A stretch of DNA of 23,550 bases, from the IMG/VR virus record IMGVR_UViG_3300049893_002526; one strand, given 5' to 3'. A model generated the notes under the pieces. The model searched no databases. It was not told the origin of the DNA and was given only the letters and a program-made list of their open reading frames with translations. The DNA is from an uncultured virus (IMG/VR IMGVR_UViG_3300049893_002526). Lineage: Duplodnaviria; Heunggongvirae; Uroviricota; Caudoviricetes. This document shows positions 16,207 through 23,449 of the stretch, piece after piece. A program made the translations under genes and the position numbers. How positions within the stretch are numbered: position 1 is the stretch's first letter; each line of letters begins with the position of its first letter.

Positions 16207-16413
16207 TCAGTCAGGACGGATAAGCTTGAACTCTTGAATGTCGTAGTAAGCAACAGTGTCTGCGCTGTAACTACGCAGTCGCTTAATCTCATTCTGTGCG
16301 CCACGGTCAGACTTGAACCATTGGTGATTCCAACGGCCGCGAGTCTTAACAGCCACACAGTGTGTAGCGTTCTTCTCTACTTTGCGCCCCGTGGGAAGAG
16401 TAAACGTGTTCAT
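16207..16413 (-). CDS. Hypothetical protein (68 aa)
   Basis: ORF track call. Confidence 0.7.
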   Translation of the reverse strand: MNTFTLPTGRKVEKNATHCVAVKTRGRWNHQWFKSDRGAQNEIKRLRSYSADTVAYYDIQEFKLIRPD

Positions 16414-16441
16414 GGTTAGATTGCGTGTCGGTCAGTTAGTT

Positions 16442-16606
16442 TCAAACAGCCCAGTTAGGACGTGCTACACGAGAGACGTAGAAGTAAGCTCTACCGTGTT
16501 CGCCGAACTGATACTCTTTGCACATACGATCCGCCTCAGAACGTGAGTCAAACTCATCAACTGTTTCGTGATAACGACCAGCCTGGCGGTTGACGTAGTA
16601 AGTCAT
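16442..16606 (-). CDS. Hypothetical protein (54 aa, MTYYVNRQAGRYHETVDEF...), paralog of 13019-13186
   Basis: Manually translated. Confidence 0.75.
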   Translation of the reverse strand: MTYYVNRQAGRYHETVDEFDSRSEADRMCKEYQFGEHGRAYFYVSRVARPNWAV

Positions 16607-16636
16607 AACTAGATTGCGATGGGTTAGTTAAAGAAC

Positions 16637-16948
16637 TCAGGAGCAATAGCGGCCGAGGATAACGTCGCCGTCGTCGCACAACTTGATAAGAACTCCACTG
16701 AAGTAAGAGTCAGCAGCTACACCGTGCCAATCGCACATTGGGCTATCAGGTGAAGCGTTGACTCGCATGAAGTCGGACAAAGCGTAAGTGAAACCTTTGT
16801 AAGTTACAAAGGACTCATCTTCAAACTCAGTGTCAGTTAGGTAGTCAAACTGCTTGCGGATCTTGGCAGCTTGCTTGTCACCTACAAAGAGTTCAAGTGT
16901 CAGCCCTGACATAGGCTGACGGGGCTGATTGTTGGTCGTGATGTTCAT
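16637..16948 (-). CDS. Hypothetical protein (103 aa), first gene of the small-gene array
   Basis: ORF track call; ATG 16948 preferred. Confidence 0.75.
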   Translation of the reverse strand: MNITTNNQPRQPMSGLTLELFVGDKQAAKIRKQFDYLTDTEFEDESFVTYKGFTYALSDFMRVNASPDSPMCDWHGVAADSYFSGVLIKLCDDGDVILGRYCS

Positions 16949-17031
16949 AACATTCACCAGCGATCGAGCTGGCAGCTAACAACAAAGAGGGAAGAATCCC
17001 TCACCGAACCGCGTGGCTCGGGGAGAGAATC
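16946..17031 (-). ncRNA. Structured leader RNA motif, copy B
   Basis: Same conserved linkers as 15901-16008 with different but still paired stems. Confidence 0.75.
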
Positions 17032-17790
17032 TAGTCTGTGATCAAGAATGATCCTATCGGATCAAACTTAATACTTAACCTGGACAAAGCTAGTAGTTAA
17101 CAGGCTCCGCCCTAATACAGTTAGGAACTGTTGCTCCAAACTAAAATAGGCGCATTGTGTTAGTTACAGAGTACAGATTGCCACCTATTGCACGGATTGA
17201 ACCGCCATCGCCGGGATACGACCGGGTGAGGTTCGCTCACAACTCTGTCCAGCGTACCTGCATCAAAGACAGTTACGCTGGACAAAGCCTGCAGGCGGAC
17301 AAGTTGTACTCTGTAACTAGCACTTGCCACGGTGACGAGTACCGTTGCGTCGCTAGTTGTAGGGCACGACCCTACTGATCAGTTCTAGTTACGTTGCTGT
17401 TGTAGTTGTACTAGGGCTTCATAACTCGCTAGTGGGGGATCTCCTACCCTTACTCCCACGCTGTGACCTTAAAGGTCTGGCACTTAGTTCGAACCGTAGC
17501 CGGAGTCTGGTTAACTAAGCTGTGTCTTCCTAGCGTTCCCTTGCGGTACTAGCTGACAACTACAACAGCAACCTTAGTTGTCACTAACTGCGCACCTAGT
17601 TAAAGGTGCCAGCTGACAACGTACAGGCTGACAAGTTCGGCATCGTGCACACTTAACCGGTCGGGTTGCAACCGTAGTGTGCTCGGGGGATCGCTCGCGC
17701 CCCTAGTTCCATCTTGTGACGATGCCTGCTATGAAGAACAGTTAGCTATGCCTTAGGCTTTCCGTGCAAACTATCTCAGCACAGCTAACT

Positions 17791-17809
17791 TATTCAGTTG
17801 TCGAGGTTC
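17791..17809 (-). promoter_or_regulatory. boxA-like antitermination element (GAACCTCGACAACTGAATA)
   Basis: Close to the cyanobacterial rrn boxA region GAACCTTGA(A/C)AACTG. Confidence 0.6.
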
Positions 17810-17945
17810 TTTCACCTAGTTACCTACTACAACTCCCGCCGCTCACGTTCCGGCACACCATGCCTGCCCTTGCCTACACTTCGGGGATGTTCTCCCTACC
17901 ATCAGCGGCAGACGCGCGGGGCCAGTTCGGCCGTCGCGGGAATCG

Positions 17946-17963
17946 ATTCGGTTGTCTAGGTGC
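17946..17963 (-). promoter_or_regulatory. boxA-like element (GCACCTAGACAACCGAAT) preceded by a GNRA-capped boxB-like hairpin
   Basis: Second copy of ACCTnGACAACnGAAT. Upstream CTGG...GGC-GAGA-GCC...CCAG hairpin at about 17966-17997. Confidence 0.55.
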
Positions 17964-18003
17964 CCTGGCGGCGTGGCTCTCGCCCCGTTCCTCCAGTGAC
18001 CTA

Positions 18004-18033
18004 AAGGTAAGGGCCAGCGGTGCACTAGGTCAA
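18004..18033 (-). promoter_or_regulatory. Sigma70-like promoter at the head of the structured RNA
   Basis: TTGACC-18 bp-TACCTT, directly upstream of the boxB/boxA-like leader. Confidence 0.55.
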
Positions 18034-18444
18034 CCCCTTCCAGCCGGTTGTCACATTGGCACACAGAGCCCAGTCACCTAGCTAGCTAATGGAAGGCGCG
18101 CAGGCGCACGCGCTAGCACCACGCGCACCCATTGGTCAAGCGGGTTCACACTCTGAATTGTGTTTAGTTAAAGGGGGCACCCTCCCCCGCTCAGTGAAAA
18201 GAATAGAACAAGAGTTTGAGTTTGTAATACATAGCGATCGTTGATTGATTCGTTATACAAACTCAGCTCACCCGTACGCGCGCGCCTGCACGCAATGTGC
18301 CCCTTTTTTTTAAATGTACGCGTTTGACGTCGCCGCCGGCGAGAACCCTTTGTGAATCTTGCTGGAAAAACGGGGTCAAAAGGTTTGGTGTCAGCATACG
18401 GACAGGCCCTGGACAAAAAAAATTCGCCCGCGTGGGGCGATGAC

Positions 18445-18636
18445 TCAAACTTTTTCGGACTCTACAAGGAGATCTTTCAGGAATTTAACGTAACTTCGTA
18501 ATAATTCAGCGGCAATTAGGTGTTTATGATCCTTTGTTTGGAAATAAAATGCGTTGTGTCGATCAACAGCGTCTAATGCTGTTTTGATTACCCCGTTCCA
18601 CGGCTCACGAGTAGGGGTATTCCACTCCCGTGCCAC
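18445..18636 (-). CDS. Conserved small phage protein (MAREWNTP.RE.WN type, recalled from cyanophages)
   Basis: ORF track call; recognisable N-terminal pattern. Confidence 0.75.
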   Translation of the reverse strand: MAREWNTPTREPWNGVIKTALDAVDRHNAFYFQTKDHKHLIAAELLRSYVKFLKDLLVESEKV

Positions 18637-18682
18637 GGAGGGGAGGTCAGAGTACTTATATATGCTAAGACCGGCAGGTTAA

Positions 18683-19027
18683 CTACAGTTTTTCAAGGCG
18701 GAAATAAATTTTCTCAGGAAAGCGGTCGAAAAACGCCAGTGTTGCAGGGCATAGCCACCCTTCCTGTTTATTCCACTCGTACCAAGCACCGTTAAACTCG
18801 TCATCAATTCTCGTCAGCGCCCCGTGGCATTGTGGGAACTCCTGCTCGGCGAACAAGATTCGATAGTTTTTGTCTTCTTCGTACAGATTGTTTTCTTTTA
18901 ATACTGTGTCTATTATTTCCGGGATACCAAGGACAAAAGGCTCGTGTACCAGCTCACGTTGGAGATCCGTAAAGCACCAAGTCCCGTAGAATCTATAAAT
19001 TTCGATGCAGAGCATTGCGTTTGCCAT
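18683..19027 (-). CDS. DUF6717-like protein
   Basis: GTWCFTD...EPFVLGIPEIID...GAWY...EGWLCPA...FF...PEKIY pattern. Confidence 0.75.
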   Translation of the reverse strand: MANAMLCIEIYRFYGTWCFTDLQRELVHEPFVLGIPEIIDTVLKENNLYEEDKNYRILFAEQEFPQCHGALTRIDDEFNGAWYEWNKQEGWLCPATLAFFDRFPEKIYFRLEKL

Positions 19028-19099
19028 GTGAATTTGATGTGATGCAGTGCTATGGTAGCACGCCTGCTGACCTGTAGCAGTCGAATATTTATAGAATTT

Positions 19100-19109
19100 T
19101 GGTATGATG
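19100..19109 (+). promoter_or_regulatory. Possible extended -10 promoter (TGgTATGAT) for the plus-strand block
   Basis: TGnTATGAT about 25 nt upstream of GTG 19133, in a divergent AT-rich gap. Confidence 0.45.
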
Positions 19110-19132
19110 GTTAGAGATTAGCGCTTGGCGCC

Positions 19133-22093
19133 GTGACTTCTTCGGGTTTTGAACGGCTGCCTGACCGTACAACAATCGAGCGCTTACCCGAACTGGCTCG
19201 TAAGCTGCGTACAACGTACAACGTTGATCAAGGTATTCTTAGAGATTTTTTATTTCAAAGCGCGTTAAATGAAGGCGAGCTTGATTACGAACTTTCGCAG
19301 ATATACCCTGACTTAGATGCAGACGAAGCGGCTCAAATGGCTTCTTCTGCCGACTTTCCTAACTACTTACCTTTTGAAGGCTTCGATATTGATCCGGACA
19401 ACGAGACGCTAAACGCTTATCGTCTTGCTGCGGAGAATCCTAAAGCTAGGGAATTCGTTGAACAGAACAACGATTTAGGTAGTTTGCTCCCCGGCGGCAG
19501 CGTGGAGACTGCCCGTAACGCGTATTTGCAAGCTGTTAACTCAGGCGCACTGACTCCTGCGGAGCGCGAGATTCTCCGCTATGCAGGCGAATCTAGATTT
19601 TTATCCGACGCAAACTACAACGCAGACTCTGGCGAAGCTTTAAATAATTTACTACAAAGCTATACTGATAGGTTTGATACAGACTACTCTGCTAATTTAG
19701 AAAATGTCGCTGATATTTTAGAACAAGTAGATGAAGTCATACGCCCTGTCGAAGCTGATTTAGGGTCTAGAAACGTATCTTTAAGGTACGCTGAGAGCGA
19801 TACTACACGTCGTGATCCGTACGCAACTCGGATCGACAACCAAACTGTCCAGCCTGGGTTGCCTTTTGGCGGAGATAATCAAGACATTCGTCAACGTCTT
19901 GAAGTCTTAAGCAGCACAACTCCGCAGACGCTGGAGGAGCTTCGCGCTCAGGTTAATGAGATTCGAGGGCTGCGGCAGGAAGCTGCCACGCAACGTACAG
20001 CAGAAACCTTCCCGATCGAAGGCTCTGTCTTGCTGCCTCAAGTACGAGAGGCCATAGTTGCCAATCCAAATACCAGCCCATCTCGTGCTGGGTATCTTTT
20101 AGGCAGAGCTGAAAACGAAGCAAGAAACCCCAATCGAAACTCTCTGTATCAACTGCAGCGTGATCTGAGTCAACAGGAACCTCAAGGACTTGGAGCGGCA
20201 GAGACGCTGCGGACAGTCAATATGAGTCCCGCAGAACTAAACCCGTGGTTTGACCCAGTTGCAGCCGGGGAGTATGTCCAGAATCCGTTGGTTGGACTTT
20301 CGCTTCAGCTTGCGGATACCAGAGATGCGGCGATCCAGGAAGCTGTAGCTAAACAAGCTGAGGAACTGAACAAGTTTGTTGAAAAGTATCCGGAGGTTGG
20401 TCCGTACCTCCAGGGTGCACTGCAAAACCCGACTCCGAAGATCGAACGAAACATCGAAAAACTCGCTCCCTACCTTGATTTAGAGCAGGAGATTTCTAAA
20501 CCTGAAGCACGTCAGAGTATTTACAATCGTGCGATGAAGGAGCTGGGCGTACAGCCTTCTTATCTGTCGCAGATTGAACTGGACTACACCAGCGGCGAGA
20601 CAAGCAAGCAGAAAGAAGCTGTTGATCGTCTGATTCAGATGGGTTACGGTCCCGAGTTGCAGGCTGGTTCAGCATCTGCAGTTTCCCGCCGTATGCCTGT
20701 TGTCGGCGGCGGTGGTTATGCAACGGGGCAGGAATTACGCGATGCCCTTTCTTCTATTCGTGAGCGTGCGGCTGAATTTGAAAAACTAGCCAAGATACCT
20801 GCGACTACTTCGCTAGGTCCTAGCTCCGGTCCCTTGGGAATTCGGAATCCGAACCTGAACAAAGTCCCCTCGCTTGCTTCGTTCTCTTACGACCCGGATA
20901 CAAATACAGCTCGCCCTGATCCTGCCGGTGACTACAGCATTCGAGTCAATACGAACACCGATCCGGTACGTATTCGGTTAGGTGAAGATTTAGGTGGAGC
21001 TTCCGAGGTGTCTAGGAACGTCCTTAAGTTTTTACAGGACAACCCTGTGACTCAGAGGTCGAGCGTTTCTTTTGAAACGAGCACTCCGACTTCCGGGTTC
21101 GACTACAGCGCTAAGGATATTCCGGCGCCTGTGTTCGAACAAATGAATAAGTTTATTACAGAGAACGTCCTGCGTAACATGCGCCCAGGGATGATCCTAG
21201 AGAACTCTCCACTGGGTTCGGCTGATCTGGCTCGGTTACGGGAAGATCAAGGCAAGTCTCTGAGTGAGAGTTCTATCCTGCGCCGCCAAGAGGAATTCCA
21301 AGGGCAACAACCCAATCGCCGTGGCGCAGCATATCGTTCTGTCGGGTTTGGTCCTCTGACTGCTGAGGGGAACCAAATGCTGTATATGAACAGCGAGGGC
21401 AACATTGTTCCTCTTCAAGCCACCCGTCCTGCAGCTTCGTTGGCGGGAGGGGTCGTTATCCAAGATCGCCCTCTGCGTGCCGAAGTACTACAGTCCCGTG
21501 AACCCTTAACGGCGAAAGCGTATTACTCTGTAGATCCTGTGTCTGCTGCCGCGCAGGGTGCGGGTGAATACGTTCGGGCTCTGCGGCGCACGCCTGCTGC
21601 ACTGTTGCCTGGTGCTGCAGATTTGATTCCTAGCCCTGAGGCTATTCAAACCGGGTACCGCGAAGGGCTCGGACCTATGGCTCAGCAGATGGGTCGGGAG
21701 TTTGTACAGAGTTTGCCCACGGCAGCAGCAGCTTCCTCTGTCCTGGCGTTACCTGCAGTAGCTCCTTTGGCACCTGGCATTGGTGCTGGTATGGTCGGCA
21801 CTGCCGGAGCTCGGGCATTGAACGAGGTGGTGCGCCAGGAAACCGGAGAGGGCATCGTGCCTAAGTTGCGCCAGGCTCTTGGCACCGCTCCTCGAACCGG
21901 CGTGGCTAGTCCCGCACGTACAGGTCCACAGCCGTTAACTGCGCAGATTCGCCCTCTTACGCAAGCACAACGAACCGAACAGCAACGTCAGCAAAATCGC
22001 TCTGAGGTTGAGCGTCGTCTGGATTTAGCTCGGGAACGGTTCAACCCACGCCGAGGTGAGTTTGGTTTGTCTGAGCTGTTATTTGGACGCTAG
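19133..22093 (+). CDS. Large hypothetical protein (986 aa), possibly virion-associated
   Basis: Long ORF; acidic N-terminus, Ala/Pro/Gly-rich hydrophobic C-terminal region; no family recognised with confidence. Confidence 0.85.
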   Translation: MTSSGFERLPDRTTIERLPELARKLRTTYNVDQGILRDFLFQSALNEGELDYELSQIYPDLDADEAAQMASSADFPNYLPFEGFDIDPDNETLNAYRLAAENPKAREFVEQNNDLGSLLPGGSVETARNAYLQAVNSGALTPAEREILRYAGESRFLSDANYNADSGEALNNLLQSYTDRFDTDYSANLENVADILEQVDEVIRPVEADLGSRNVSLRYAESDTTRRDPYATRIDNQTVQPGLPFGGDNQDIRQRLEVLSSTTPQTLEELRAQVNEIRGLRQEAATQRTAETFPIEGSVLLPQVREAIVANPNTSPSRAGYLLGRAENEARNPNRNSLYQLQRDLSQQEPQGLGAAETLRTVNMSPAELNPWFDPVAAGEYVQNPLVGLSLQLADTRDAAIQEAVAKQAEELNKFVEKYPEVGPYLQGALQNPTPKIERNIEKLAPYLDLEQEISKPEARQSIYNRAMKELGVQPSYLSQIELDYTSGETSKQKEAVDRLIQMGYGPELQAGSASAVSRRMPVVGGGGYATGQELRDALSSIRERAAEFEKLAKIPATTSLGPSSGPLGIRNPNLNKVPSLASFSYDPDTNTARPDPAGDYSIRVNTNTDPVRIRLGEDLGGASEVSRNVLKFLQDNPVTQRSSVSFETSTPTSGFDYSAKDIPAPVFEQMNKFITENVLRNMRPGMILENSPLGSADLARLREDQGKSLSESSILRRQEEFQGQQPNRRGAAYRSVGFGPLTAEGNQMLYMNSEGNIVPLQATRPAASLAGGVVIQDRPLRAEVLQSREPLTAKAYYSVDPVSAAAQGAGEYVRALRRTPAALLPGAADLIPSPEAIQTGYREGLGPMAQQMGREFVQSLPTAAAASSVLALPAVAPLAPGIGAGMVGTAGARALNEVVRQETGEGIVPKLRQALGTAPRTGVASPARTGPQPLTAQIRPLTQAQRTEQQRQQNRSEVERRLDLARERFNPRRGEFGLSELLFGR

Positions 22094-22118
22094 ACTTAAT
22101 CTAGGTTTTTAGCCCGCT

Positions 22119-22658
22119 GTGAATCAGGACCCTAACGAGTACACCGTCACAGCGGCCGGCAACGTCTATTCGCGTCCTAAGAGCTCCCGTCCTATGGTCG
22201 GGATGCCAGACGATCCCAGCACCTGGCGCACTGCGTATCCCCAAATGAATTCACCCGCTGTCGACCCTCGCGGTTTTATGGAGCTCGCTGTTGCTGAGCT
22301 CATTGCGGGTTCTCCCAGTTTTGATATCGGGGGTGATCGCGGCGATGCTCGTCGTTCGCGCAAAGGTCTCTCGCCTACCGACGTTCAGCGGCTGATCGAA
22401 GCTAACCCTGATTTTGCGGACGACATTCGCAAGATGTATCTTCCTGGTCCTGCTCTTCCTGGTGTTCGCAAGGCGGAGTTAGGCGGCGGTGACATGATCG
22501 CTCAAGGCAATATCCCCGTGGGCGAGGATCCGCGCCTGCCTATGTCCCAGGAAGCCTATCAGCAGTTGATGCGGGAAAAAATGCAACGTCCCGCGTTAGG
22601 CGCTCCTCAAGCTCCTTACGGTAATCCTCTTCTTGATTATTTAATGCGTCAAGCTTGA
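22119..22658 (+). CDS. Hypothetical Pro/Met-rich protein (179 aa)
   Basis: ORF track call; follows the 986-aa gene. Confidence 0.7.
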   Translation: MNQDPNEYTVTAAGNVYSRPKSSRPMVGMPDDPSTWRTAYPQMNSPAVDPRGFMELAVAELIAGSPSFDIGGDRGDARRSRKGLSPTDVQRLIEANPDFADDIRKMYLPGPALPGVRKAELGGGDMIAQGNIPVGEDPRLPMSQEAYQQLMREKMQRPALGAPQAPYGNPLLDYLMRQA

Positions 22659-22750
22659 TCTTTAATAATAAAGTTTTAAGAGTTAGTGTTACATAGTAAA
22701 CCGTAGCGGTTGTAACAGTTCTTTAGCGTATATTTAGTTGCTAAAGAGCT

Positions 22751-22912
22751 ATGACTTCTATTGTGTATCGCGGTGTTACATACGACCGAGAGCAGCATCA
22801 GGCGGCTCATTTGGCTTGGTGGGGCCTCGTTCACCGTGCAACGCTGTGGTTGTGCTATCGAGGCATCAAGTATCGCCCTTGTTTAAATAATTCAGGACCT
22901 TCGGTGTTCTGA
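22751..22912 (+). CDS. DUF4278-like small protein (53 aa) with two YRG motifs
   Basis: Manually translated: MTSIVYRGVTYD...LCYRGIKYRP; YRG(V/I)xY is the DUF4278 hallmark. Confidence 0.75.
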   Translation: MTSIVYRGVTYDREQHQAAHLAWWGLVHRATLWLCYRGIKYRPCLNNSGPSVF

Positions 22913-22952
22913 CGGTTAAGGGTTTAAATTTAGACAGCTCAAAAAGCCCTTC

Positions 22953-23132
22953 GTGTCTTTGCAGTTTGATGTGCCGGAGGGCGTACCGATCGTTGCTGAA
23001 TTGGCTAAATTGATCAAGTTGAGTGGGCGTAACGGACCTACGACTGTCGCTAAGTTTCAATCAGATACTGATCGGCAACAGTTAAGCGTCTACATGAGCT
23101 GGGATGCTAATGGAGAGCTCGAAATCAAGTGA
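22953..23132 (+). CDS. Hypothetical protein (59 aa, MSLQFDVPEGVPIVAELAKLIKL...)
   Basis: Manually translated from GTG. Confidence 0.6.
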   Translation: MSLQFDVPEGVPIVAELAKLIKLSGRNGPTTVAKFQSDTDRQQLSVYMSWDANGELEIK

Positions 23133-23280
23133 AATAGACCCTTTCGAGCGGTTGTACACGGCAAAATGGAACGTACCTAGGGCTGCTAAGCACCTTGGAG
23201 TCACAAATGACGAGTGCAAGGCGCTGTTTTCAGAGTTTTGCAAGAAAAAATGGGCTACTGATGCGGTAAATGCGGAGTAA
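23104..23280 (+). CDS. Small HTH-like phage protein (58 aa, ...WNVPRAAKHLGVTNDECKALFSEF...)
   Basis: Manually translated; AAKHLGVT is HTH-like; exact start uncertain. Confidence 0.65.
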   Translation: MLMESSKSSEIDPFERLYTAKWNVPRAAKHLGVTNDECKALFSEFCKKKWATDAVNAE

Positions 23281-23449
23281 ACACCGTTCTCGCTGGAAGC
23301 GTTTGTGGTTCAAGGCTCTTGGCGAGCGTGCATCCGAATGCGATAGGGAATCCGACGCCGTTGCGTGGATACGTACCGGCATATTTGTTAGCTACTTTCT
23401 GACAAACTTATTTATTTGTGCGGGTGTAGTCCGTCACTGGAATAATTGA
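23270..23449 (+). CDS. Small membrane protein (59 aa, ...KALGERASECDRESDAVAWIRT...AGVVRHWN type, recalled from cyanophages)
   Basis: Manually translated; one hydrophobic helix. Confidence 0.75.
   Translation: MRSKHRSRWKRLWFKALGERASECDRESDAVAWIRTGIFVSYFLTNLFICAGVVRHWNN

Larger units (their letters stand above)
17040..17998 (-). ncRNA. Candidate large, multi-domain structured RNA (~950 nt)
   Basis: No credible CDS. Long-range helices 17161-17175/17305-17319, 17393-17409/17556-17572, 17639-17646/17719-17726, 17740-17751/17779-17790 and 17831-17839/17936-17944, with many nested hairpins. Confidence 0.7.

Noticed and set aside
16995..17025. Resemblance of GAGCC...GGTTCGGTGAGGG (and GAGCTG...CAGTTCGG in copy A) to group II intron domain V
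   Set aside because: The hairpins are too short and lack the AC bulge and GNRA loop. There is no bulged-A domain VI, no interrupted gene and no RT. A relic origin cannot be fully excluded.
17029..17043. TCACAGACTA resembling the group I intron R element
   Set aside because: No complementary S element (..ATAGTC) downstream and no interrupted exon.
17040..17998. Retron msr-msd, CRISPR array, RNase P or tmRNA as the explanation for the structured region
   Set aside because: There is no reverse transcriptase in the window, no regularly spaced direct repeats, no GAGGAAAGTCC RNase P core and no tRNA-like tmRNA ends.
18110..18140. Second minus-strand promoter (TTGACC...TGcTAGCGC)
   Set aside because: The -10 lacks the conserved final T; too weak to call.
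17157..18448. ORF-track calls 17157-17378, 17764-18081, 17843-18064, 18168-18416 and 18263-18448
   Set aside because: They have atypical composition, conflicting strands and mostly non-ATG starts. The region is better explained as structured or regulatory non-coding sequence.
22686..22720. NtcA box or glutamine riboswitch upstream of the DUF4278-like gene
   Set aside because: No GTA-N8-TAC spacing and none of the conserved glutamine riboswitch nucleotides are visible.
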